From positions 832,001 to 896,000 of the forward strand of contig OZ245020.1 in NCBI GenBank assembly GCA_965223865.1: a stretch of 64,000 bases of DNA, given 5' to 3'. Under the pieces are notes generated by a model, which was not told the origin of the DNA, did no database searches, and saw nothing but the letters and a program-made list of their open reading frames with translations. Source of the stretch: Nitrosarchaeum sp. GTDB lineage: Archaea > Thermoproteota > Nitrososphaeria > Nitrososphaerales > Nitrosopumilaceae. Both the position numbers and the translations under genes were made by a program. This document shows, piece after piece, positions 29,771-37,583 of the stretch (position 1 is its first letter; the number at the start of each line of letters is the position of its first letter).

Positions 29771-29902
29771 TTAGATGAGAATGATTTTTCTTCTTTGAGT
29801 GTCAATTGTATACAGACACTCCGAACAAACCTGTAATGAATCATCATACTCTGAGACATGTCTCTTGTTAAGACAAATGTCACAAAAGATATCTCCTGTC
29901 AC
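29771..29902 (-). CDS. 43-aa CxxC...CxxC microprotein
   Basis: MTGDIFCDICLNKRHVSEYDDSLQVCSECLYTIDTQRRKIILI (GTG start). Confidence 0.5.
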   Translation of the reverse strand: MTGDIFCDICLNKRHVSEYDDSLQVCSECLYTIDTQRRKIILI

Positions 29903-29997
29903 TGGTACCTATCAGAAGTTTTAGTATATTTGAAATTCTATGTTTCTATTTTTCACATAACATGTGGTATTAATACACAAAATGACATCTAGATACC

Positions 29998-30153
29998 ATG
30001 TCACAACGAATTACAATAATGTTAAGTTCAGAGATTTCATCTAAGCTACGCAACATACAGTCAAGGATGATAAAACCCTCTGACAAGTCGATTAGTTTCT
30101 CCAAAGTGATTAATGATGTTCTAGAAGAAGGACTAAAACACTACAAGCTATGA
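29998..30153 (+). CDS. Ribbon-helix-helix-like small regulator
   Basis: MSQRITIMLSSEISSKLRNIQSRMIKPSDKSISFSKVINDVLEEGLKHYKL. Confidence 0.75.
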   Translation: MSQRITIMLSSEISSKLRNIQSRMIKPSDKSISFSKVINDVLEEGLKHYKL

Positions 30154-30243
30154 TATCTCCAGTGAACATTCATCAGAACATATTCTTCTGTTAAACACAT
30201 CCTCATACTCTCGATTACAATGTACACATCTTCTAAAGCTCAT
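30148..30243 (-). CDS. 31-aa zinc-finger microprotein
   Basis: MSFRRCVHCNREYEDVFNRRICSDECSLEIS (CxxC...CSxxC). Confidence 0.5.
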   Translation of the reverse strand: MSFRRCVHCNREYEDVFNRRICSDECSLEIS

Positions 30244-30276
30244 AATACTATTACACAGTTCAAGAATATAATCTAG

Positions 30277-30483
30277 TCAGATTCTGATCTTTGTCTTTTT
30301 CTTTCTGTACTGGTTGCCCTTGGGTTTACTTCTTAGCATGTATCCGCAACACGGACACCACAGTCCTTCCCACTTTATGTAAATTGAACACGTGGTACAT
30401 CTCTTGGCACCCCTTGTATACCATGACTCATACCTTTTTCCTTTAGTCATTTTGTACCTGTGGCATATTTCCTGGCATACCAT
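30277..30483 (-). CDS. Cys-rich zinc-finger protein, family A copy 2
   Basis: CQEICHRYK...GAKRCTTC...WEGLWCPCCG.MLRSKP. Confidence 0.8.
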   Translation of the reverse strand: MVCQEICHRYKMTKGKRYESWYTRGAKRCTTCSIYIKWEGLWCPCCGYMLRSKPKGNQYRKKKTKIRI

Positions 30484-30598
30484 AATAACCTCATACCAAA
30501 ATTATCCTAATTATTTCTGTTTTCACTATACATTTGTGGGCATGATTTTTCAAATTAAGCTAAGTGATCTTTAAAGATCATAAAAACCTGAAGCAATC

Positions 30599-30826
30599 AT
30601 GGCCGAATATGTCCAGTCATGGAGAAAGAGACTGAGACTCAAGCATCTTGTAGATCTTGCACAAAAAGAACTGGGAGAAGAATATGACTATAAGGACATT
30701 GAAAAAATCCAAGAAAAACTAGATTCTGAGATGAAGAAAAAGTGGAAGCTGATAAAAAGTACCAGAAAAGAGTATCTTGAGATTGTACAAAAAATTCTGA
30801 GAAAAGAGTATGTGCTTCAAGTCTAA
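30599..30826 (+). CDS. Small basic helical hypothetical protein
   Basis: 75-aa ORF with TTTAAA box upstream. Confidence 0.65.
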   Translation: MAEYVQSWRKRLRLKHLVDLAQKELGEEYDYKDIEKIQEKLDSEMKKKWKLIKSTRKEYLEIVQKILRKEYVLQV

Positions 30827-31000
30827 AATTATTAATAATTGTCATTTCATGATTGGGATATTTTTTTTGAATCAATGGTATCTCAGGTAAGATAATCAAG
30901 TAAAGCTAAATCAAAAACTAATGACATTAGACAACAACAATTAACTTGCAGTAAGATGTTGTATCTTTATTCGTTATTACAATAATGAATAAAATCAATT

Positions 31001-31106
31001 GGAAGCTGACTATCGGTCGTGCACACCCTTTACGTAGCGTCACTGTATGCTTCGCCAGCAAACCGATGTAAAGTATGAGACTGTCGGGAAAACAGTGTCA
31101 GCTTCC
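31001..31106 (-). ncRNA. Candidate structured ncRNA with probable pseudoknot
   Basis: 10-bp terminal stem GGAAGCTGAC/GTCAGCTTCC enclosing four more helices; TTTTTAT box about 27 nt upstream on the minus strand. Confidence 0.7.
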
Positions 31107-31263
31107 TTATATTATATAACTGAATTTGAGATAAAAAAGATCCGATCATCGTTATTTTATTTAAAAAATATACAAAAAACAAATTTTATTCTGATTTGTT
31201 GCCAAATCAATCAGTTTGCATCTGTAAATTCTGCAAGTCGCCAACCATCCAACCAAAATTTAA

Positions 31264-31530
31264 TTGTCTCAAAAAACGTCTTATCGTGTGGGCAAAGGCA
31301 TCATCATAGGAATTATCATTGCCATTGTTGCAGTTGGCTTTATTCTGACATATACTAACACTGCTGATGTGCTAAAGCCTGAGATCGAATCATCAGTGGA
31401 TACTGCAAAAGATGCAATATCCCAAGTGGATAAAGATGAGGTGGTAGAAAAAGCCGAGCAAGTAACAGAGAAGATCAAAGACGTGACTGGCAAGATCAAA
31501 GTGACAAATCCTCTAGAATCTGAAAAATAA
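31264..31530 (+). CDS. Small membrane-anchored protein
   Basis: One N-terminal TM followed by an amphipathic helical tail. Confidence 0.7.
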   Translation: MSQKTSYRVGKGIIIGIIIAIVAVGFILTYTNTADVLKPEIESSVDTAKDAISQVDKDEVVEKAEQVTEKIKDVTGKIKVTNPLESEK

Positions 31531-31557
31531 CTAGCTAACTCTAAAACTGGCTTTATT

Positions 31558-31758
31558 CTATATTCTGTTGATTTTAGCCTCGTTTCTGTACTTGATTGAC
31601 TTGGTTTTGAGCTGATATTTGCAGCATGGACATCTATTCTCATCAATCTTCATAAACACTGCGCAATGCGAACAGTATTTCTGTCCTGATTCATATCTTG
31701 AGATGCCAGTATCGGGTTTTTTGACTCTATACTGATGGCAGATGTTGGTGCAGGACAA
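31558..31758 (-). CDS. Cys-rich zinc-finger protein, family A copy 3
   Basis: CTNICHQY...RYESGQKYCSHC...CPCC.YQL.TK. Confidence 0.8.
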   Translation of the reverse strand: MSCTNICHQYRVKKPDTGISRYESGQKYCSHCAVFMKIDENRCPCCKYQLKTKSIKYRNEAKINRI

Positions 31759-31873
31759 GTGTAAAGATGATTGAAATGCTTGATAATTAATTTCAATGAT
31801 GTAAATTCTGTTGACCTGGATCGAGGCAAAATTAAATTTTATAATTCAAATTATATCCTGACAGGTTTTTCTC

Positions 31874-31978
31874 ATGATAGGGTTGTGCTGCAAATGTTAT
31901 TCTTCAGGAGTATCTCTTGTGTTAGATGTAGATGTCATTGAGGCAGTTTGCAATAAGTGCAGAGAAAAGAAGAGTTAA
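31874..31978 (+). CDS. 34-aa zinc-finger microprotein, family B copy 2
   Basis: MIGLCCKCYSSGVSLVLDVDVIEAVCNKCREKKS. Confidence 0.7.
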   Translation: MIGLCCKCYSSGVSLVLDVDVIEAVCNKCREKKS

Positions 31979-32052
31979 AACTTGACAATCCTTGGATGCG
32001 AAGTTTAATTTCTGATTGATTTGATCATAATTTACGGTATGATGTATTGTAG

Positions 32053-32346
32053 TTATTGTGATGGCACATCATAAACAAACAATGTGAGTGCAGAACGTAC
32101 TCCATTTGTGTATCTTATCTTGGTTCTTACCGTTTCTTTTATTATTTCATTTGGAGCCCTTATCTGTACCAAGATGTCATAGATTCCCTGGATACGATTA
32201 ACATCAGTTACGCCAGGGATTGTTCTTATCTTTTCTATGGTAGAATCCATCTGTTTCTCATCACAAGTAAGCAGCACAAAAGAATGTTCAACATTCTCAG
32301 ACAATGTATGTATATGGATTTTAAAATAATTAAGAATTACAGACAC
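32053..32346 (-). CDS. Stand-alone Lrp/AsnC ligand-binding domain protein
   Basis: IPGV..V....G.YDILV...KIR...GVRS.LTL; true start probably downstream of 32346. Confidence 0.82.
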   Translation of the reverse strand: MSVILNYFKIHIHTLSENVEHSFVLLTCDEKQMDSTIEKIRTIPGVTDVNRIQGIYDILVQIRAPNEIIKETVRTKIRYTNGVRSALTLFVYDVPSQ

Positions 32347-32364
32347 TCTTGTACTACTCTAAGG

Positions 32365-32619
32365 TTATCCTCCTTTGCTTAGTTCTGATTCTCTTATCAT
32401 CTCGTCTTGTTCTTGCAGTGCCCTTGTGAGGTCCTTTCTTTCTTGCTTTGTTCCAGTACATGCGAACTTTCCTTGGTTGTATGAATAGTGAGCAGAACCA
32501 TCAGAATTTTGCCACTGCAGTTTGTTGGTGTATGGGTGCTTGTAGTTTGACATTCTGCAAGTCAGAGTAGCACCACATGCAGAACAGACCATTGTCGCGC
32601 CTTCCTTCTTTTCAACCAT
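32365..32619 (-). CDS. Small Cys/His-containing hypothetical protein
   Basis: CSACG...KLQWQNSDGSAHY...FAC; likely start at ATG 32619. Confidence 0.65.
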   Translation of the reverse strand: MVEKKEGATMVCSACGATLTCRMSNYKHPYTNKLQWQNSDGSAHYSYNQGKFACTGTKQERKDLTRALQEQDEMIRESELSKGG

Positions 32620-32654
32620 CTTCTTTGTTTCCTGGAGATGATGCAGATAACATT

Positions 32655-32852
32655 TCACGAAGTTTCTTTTTGAATTTGGCACTTCGTGGTTTGAGTTCTG
32701 AGCTTGAATCCGCAGCATGGGCAATACAGGCCTTCCCAATCAAGAAATATCTCGCACATCTGGCATCTTTTTTGGCCTATAGAGTATCTGAGAGGGCCCA
32801 TGCCTCTTGGCGTAGCCTTGTACTTGTAGCATATAGCCTTGCATCCAACCAT
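32655..32852 (-). CDS. Cys-rich zinc-finger protein, family A copy 4
   Basis: CKAIC.KYKA...RY..GQKRCQMC...WEGLYCPCCG.KLRT. Confidence 0.8.
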   Translation of the reverse strand: MVGCKAICYKYKATPRGMGPLRYSIGQKRCQMCEIFLDWEGLYCPCCGFKLRTQTTKCQIQKETS

Positions 32853-33124
32853 GATGACTCATTACATCTCTTTTGTTTTTATTACTTCTTTTAGCCTTGA
32901 AATTTCATATTCCCAAAGTATCTTTGAGGTATGCAAGAAGACTGAGCAGTGCGGCAAATTAGACTATCCCAAAACCTATTGGACTAAGCAATGCGTCTTT
33001 TTTGGTAATCATGACTTAACTGTAATTTTGCAATGTAGTTGACTTTTCAGATCAAAAATTTTTCATACCATAGTATGATTCATGCACAAGATCTATAAAC
33101 CATAACTTTTGAAAAAACCACAAA

Positions 33125-33214
33125 TTGAATGAATCATCTGCATCATGCCCTAGCTGTATGATTGAGCATGCATCAGGAGTTGGATGTTCTTGTGACTGTC
33201 ATAAAGATAGATGA
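33125..33214 (+). CDS. 29-aa Cys/His-rich micropeptide
   Basis: MNESSASCPSCMIEHASGVGCSCDCHKDR (TTG start); AAGATCTATAAA promoter as in the WWEG genes. Confidence 0.5.
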   Translation: MNESSASCPSCMIEHASGVGCSCDCHKDR

Positions 33215-33283
33215 TAATATCCTTTGCGAATAATTTCTCAACACCGGTTTTAATGTAGAATCCTAAAGCATCTCTGTTAAACA

Positions 33284-33508
33284 ATGCAAATGGCACATAT
33301 ACTAGTAAAATGTGATGATGGAAAAGAAGAGGTACTTGATGATATCAGATCAATTAATGAAGTCAGTGAAATGGAAAAGACATTTGGGGCATACAATGCA
33401 GTAATAAAGATAGAAGCAGAGTCAATTCAAAAAATCAAAAACATAATGGCAAACAAGATACGAAACAGACCTGGAATCCTAAGTACTCTAACTTTGGTTA
33501 CGTCATAA
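33284..33508 (+). CDS. Stand-alone Lrp/AsnC ligand-binding domain protein
   Basis: TFGAYNAVIKIEA...KIR...GILSTLTL. Confidence 0.82.
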   Translation: MQMAHILVKCDDGKEEVLDDIRSINEVSEMEKTFGAYNAVIKIEAESIQKIKNIMANKIRNRPGILSTLTLVTS

Positions 33509-33572
33509 TTGATTGAAATAAAATAATTCTGATTTCTCAGTAAGAGCTATAAGCAAAGATCCTCGCTACCTT

Positions 33573-33656
33573 ATGATGGCATCTGAATCTATTCCCATGT
33601 GGTGGGAAGGACTGGAGAAATTAGAGTCTGACATTGAATGTGAAGCAGACCGTTGA
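33573..33656 (+). CDS. WWEG micropeptide 3 (27 aa)
   Basis: MMASESIPMWWEGLEKLESDIECEADR; upstream region closely matches that of copy 2. Confidence 0.65.
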   Translation: MMASESIPMWWEGLEKLESDIECEADR

Positions 33657-33668
33657 ATACTGGTTAAA

Positions 33669-34704
33669 TTATTTTGGATAGTATAACTTTGTGAAGATAA
33701 AGTGCCCAAGCTCCAGTATCGCATCTTCTGCATCCTTGCCTGAAAGATGCACATATTTTTTTACCATGTCCGAACCAGGACTCCAGTTTCCATAGACGCG
33801 AAGTGTCTGGTCTGAGAGTTTCTTTGATAGTATGGTAAGCTGCGAGTGTCTGAACAAATAGTTCCAGACGCGTCTCTTAATTTCAGCTTTTGCAGTGCAG
33901 CGCTTGAGCTGCTCTCTTAGATATCCATATGAGACCTGTCTAGTTTTTGATTTGGGGGAGTATGAATACCACAAGGGTGCATGCGGATCATCTCGCAGCG
34001 GATGGTCATGCATCCATTCAAGCAACGGCTTGAAGGATACCACCAGCAACACGCTTGTTTCCTGTCTTTCCATGGGTGCTTAGCAGAACATAGTTTTCCT
34101 TAAACTCCACTCCTCCCACTTTCAGGTTTAGCAGCTCACCTGGTCTGAATGCACCTTCAAACATTGACCAAAACATTGCACGGTCACGTCTGTTTGTTGT
34201 TTTGCTGATAATCTGCTGTATCTCCTGTATGTCTAACAGATCCTCTGATCTGATCTTTTCTTCCTTGCTGTTGTACTTGCTTGGCTTTATCCAGGAAACT
34301 TCTTTGCAGTATCCGTCATCTCTGTTTCCTATCTCGTCTTTTTTTGCATAGTGCACCAGTCTTAGCAGAGTCAGTGCAAAGGCCTGTCTGCTTTCACCAC
34401 CATAGTCTCTTGAGAGGATATCTGACAGTACTGTCTCACAGTCTTTTTTTGTCGCATCTGCAAGTCTGACATTTATCTTCTCAAATGCCTCAAGCAACGG
34501 CCTTATTCTGTCGCCATACACCGATATCCTGCCGTCTGACAATCCAAACAACTTTAGCTTTTCTAGGAACTGAATTCCAATGTCACCATCCTTGCATTGC
34601 AGCAAACGATTCTTGGCATATTGGATTCTACGCCAATACCTGTGAATATCAATTGGTCCAGTGTTGTATGGCTTTTCCTGTGTTTGGTTTTTCTGATTGC
34701 TCAT
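33669..34704 (-). pseudogene. Tyrosine integrase with one frameshift
   Basis: RDRAM...EGAFRPGELLNL and HGKTG in one frame; YLFRHS, GNWSPGS and KKYVH in another; shift near 34047. Confidence 0.88.
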
Positions 34705-34791
34705 CCTCTCTTCAAAAAAACATTGAGCATTTTGACTTAAGGTCAATTTTTTTCCCGATTTTAGGGGTGGGTGTGCAATCTTACTTGTGTA

Positions 34792-34906
34792 TGCCGGGGG
34801 CGAGTTTCGAACTCGCGACCTCCAGATTATGAGTATTGCCTTAGTTGGAGAACCGCTAGAGTTTACCAAATGAACTGGCACTCTAACCCGGCTGAGCTAC
34901 CCCGGC
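34792..34906 (-). tRNA. Elongator tRNA-Met(CAT) with a 40-nt intron at position 30/31 (34835..34874)
   Basis: GCCGGGG/CCCCGGC; spliced arm CCAGA-CTCATAA-TCTGG; bulge-helix-bulge TGCC/GGCA with AGT and ATA bulges. Confidence 0.92.
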
Positions 34907-34967
34907 ATGTTATATGGCTAAAAATTTGGGAAATTAAATGCTACGTATGCAATTTTAATTGAATTTT

Positions 34968-36635
34968 TTATTGTTTTATAATTTCTAACCAATTCAATTT
35001 TTCATTTTGAACCCAAAGGAATTTTTTCTGAAGAGCTGATGTGTACAATTTCTCCCATTCAGCACCAACCTCATCTGTCCAAGACTTGAATACGCGTGGG
35101 TCAATATAGTTTCTAAGTGAAGTTCCCAGATTATAGTCTCTCGTCTTTTCAGATAGTTCAATTTGCAGCTTTAATTTCTCGATTCTTTCTTTGTGTTTTG
35201 TTTTTTGCTTTTTGATTTGTCCATTGAGTGTCTTGATCCTTTTTTCTTTGTTCTTCTTCTGTGTTTCAGTTTTTGGCTGAGAAACTTCTACTTTTTTTAA
35301 GGTCTCTTGGGTTTTTACCCAAGGCTTGTCTTTGTCTATTTTTTTGAGAGTGTCTTTTTTCTTTTGTAGTGATTGCTCAAAAGTCTTGGGAATTGTTCTT
35401 TTGTGATTACACATTACAGCTGCTTCCAAATTTGCAAGTTTTGCATGGTAAAGTTTCTCATTTGCAGTTTTCATTTTAATATTGCTATGATCTTTAAGAT
35501 AGTTTTTAACTACAGTAGTTGCTAAATATGTTCTGAAAACTTTGGCAGTTAATCCCTTTACTATACTAGAGTAGTATGCATTAACATGTCTTGATGTAAT
35601 GTCATGAAAAATTTCGTCTTTAGGTTTTTTGTTTTGAATTAATTTTTTTAGATTTTCTTGAAATTGTTTGTCGTGTCCTTCTGCTTTTACTGTCTCTTGC
35701 CATCTTACGCTATCTTTTCCCAAAAAGTCAAACTCTATTGTGTTTTCAGTAATTTTGATATGTTCATTTCTTAATGTTGTAGCACCAACAGTATCTGCCT
35801 CATCTGGATCCTTTTCATCTCCTACTCTCATTGCAGTCCTGTAGATGAGATAGCATGCAGTAGCAATCCTGCTAATTTTTGGATCTTTACTTTTCATGTC
35901 TTTTACAATTCTGTCTTTTATTTTTTCAATCTCTTTTGACAAATTAACTGCCTTTTCGTATTTTGCCTTGTCTCTATCTTGTTTTAGTCCTGCAGTATCT
36001 GCCAACCATACATACTTTCTTTTCTGAGTCAAAAAATCTGTCCAACCTGCAAGCCACATTGAATCTCTGTCATGAATAATCTTTCCCCAGTCTCCTTCAG
36101 GAACTTTGGCTTCTTTTCCTAGATTCAAAGTTACATCTTTTGGAGTGACTCTGGGTTTCCATCTACCACGTAATGGATGCTCCCCCCTCCCAATGAAAAT
36201 TCCTGGGGGTTCAGCCATGTAGTTTGCAACTTCAACTTCTTTGCCATCCATTATTGCAATTCCGAATTTTTCTTTGAGTTTTTCACGTAGTTCTTTTCGT
36301 TTTGCTGCAAGTGCCTTTTTTTCTTCTTTTGACATCATCTCCTTGAGATCTTTTTCCTTGTCTACTATCTTGTAGGCTGAAGAAAAATCAATGTCTTCAT
36401 ATGAAATATTTTTCAATTTTGATGGAAGGGTTTTTGCAAAATCTGTAGCAAAGTTCTTCTGAAAAACCTTGTCTTGAGAATATGGTGTATCTTTCTTTTT
36501 TGCCCATTGGTAGACCATTTCTTCTTGGTTTACATCTAGTTCTATGCTTTCTCCTTTGATCTTTACCTTAATTCCCTGTTTCTCATAGGCAGGTGGGAAC
36601 AATATCCCATTATGTTGTAGTGTTTTCCATTTCAT
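34968..36635 (-). CDS. top1: DNA topoisomerase IB
   Basis: KWKTLQHNG, EPPGIF.GRG.HP, RVGDEK, DTVG, FDFLGKDS, AKVFRT, CNH and GTSLRNYIDPR motifs. Confidence 0.97.
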   Translation of the reverse strand: MKWKTLQHNGILFPPAYEKQGIKVKIKGESIELDVNQEEMVYQWAKKKDTPYSQDKVFQKNFATDFAKTLPSKLKNISYEDIDFSSAYKIVDKEKDLKEMMSKEEKKALAAKRKELREKLKEKFGIAIMDGKEVEVANYMAEPPGIFIGRGEHPLRGRWKPRVTPKDVTLNLGKEAKVPEGDWGKIIHDRDSMWLAGWTDFLTQKRKYVWLADTAGLKQDRDKAKYEKAVNLSKEIEKIKDRIVKDMKSKDPKISRIATACYLIYRTAMRVGDEKDPDEADTVGATTLRNEHIKITENTIEFDFLGKDSVRWQETVKAEGHDKQFQENLKKLIQNKKPKDEIFHDITSRHVNAYYSSIVKGLTAKVFRTYLATTVVKNYLKDHSNIKMKTANEKLYHAKLANLEAAVMCNHKRTIPKTFEQSLQKKKDTLKKIDKDKPWVKTQETLKKVEVSQPKTETQKKNKEKRIKTLNGQIKKQKTKHKERIEKLKLQIELSEKTRDYNLGTSLRNYIDPRVFKSWTDEVGAEWEKLYTSALQKKFLWVQNEKLNWLEIIKQ

Positions 36636-36710
36636 TTATCATCACTTGAAAATTGCGGACTTTGACAAAAACTGGATTCTATGTGTATATCAAGTTACCG
36701 TAGGTATCAA

Positions 36711-37541
36711 TCAACTAGGAAATAGCTCTTTGCTCATGTATTTTTCAAATTCAAGGTCTGTCTTCATCTTTTTTGCCTCCATAAACATTGCCGCATCAGT
36801 TCCTACTATGTATCTGGGGAGGATCTCCTTGTCATGTATTGCCTTGAGGACCATTTCGGCAACTTGGACAGGTTCAGTTCCCATCTCTGCCATCATCTTA
36901 AGACCTGCAAGAATGTGTTCTGTAAGTTCTTTATATTTAGGATCTACTTTTGATTCTGGAATCCTCATTGAATCAAAAAAGTTAGTTTTGATTACCCCTG
37001 GCTCTATCATTGTTGTTTTGATTCCAAACATTCCAAGCTCATATCTCAAACATTCGCTTAGGCCTTCTAACGCAAATTTTGTACTGATATAAGCCGGTGA
37101 TCCAGGTAATCCCATTCTTCCTGCAACTGAGCTAATATTTACTATAATTCCGGAATTTTGTTTTCTCATTATTGGTGCCACTTCTTGAATAATTCTTATG
37201 ATGCTAAAGAAGTTGGTCTCAAACTGTTTTCTAAAGTCTTCAATAGAAACATCTTCAGTACAACCAAATTGACCATATCCTGCATTGTTTACCAAAACAT
37301 CAATTCTTCCTGAATCTGTAACTATCTTCTTAATAGCAGATAAGATGGATTCTTCTTTATCTACATCAAGATCTATTACTTCCATTGAAAGATTTTCATT
37401 TTTTGCAATCTCTTTTAGCTTTTGACCTTTATTGATGTCTCTCATACTTGCAAAAGTCTGATATCCATCTCGTGCAAGCGCTAATGATGTTTCATATCCT
37501 ATACCAGATGAACTGCCTGTTACAAGGGCTACCTTATGCAT
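36711..37541 (-). CDS. Short-chain dehydrogenase/reductase
   Basis: TGSSSGIG, NNAG and YxxxK motifs. Confidence 0.93.
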   Translation of the reverse strand: MHKVALVTGSSSGIGYETSLALARDGYQTFASMRDINKGQKLKEIAKNENLSMEVIDLDVDKEESILSAIKKIVTDSGRIDVLVNNAGYGQFGCTEDVSIEDFRKQFETNFFSIIRIIQEVAPIMRKQNSGIIVNISSVAGRMGLPGSPAYISTKFALEGLSECLRYELGMFGIKTTMIEPGVIKTNFFDSMRIPESKVDPKYKELTEHILAGLKMMAEMGTEPVQVAEMVLKAIHDKEILPRYIVGTDAAMFMEAKKMKTDLEFEKYMSKELFPS

Positions 37542-37583
37542 GTTGTTACTGGATTTTTGTTATATTTATCCCATTTTGATTTG

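Larger units (their letters stand above)
11550..34791. mobile_element. Decaying composite genomic island at the tRNA-Met 3' end (left boundary approximate)
   Basis: Integrase starts within 90 bp of the tRNA-Met 3' end; second integrase, HicAB, extra tRNAs, many pseudogenes and microproteins; flanked by intact core genes; no att repeat found. Confidence 0.75.

Noticed and set aside
31047-31358. 103-aa plus-strand ORF
   Set aside because: It overlaps the structured RNA and the next gene and lacks protein-like features.
34705-34881. N-terminal extension of the 287-aa integrase ORF
   Set aside because: It runs through the tRNA-Met gene; ATG 34704 is the more plausible start.
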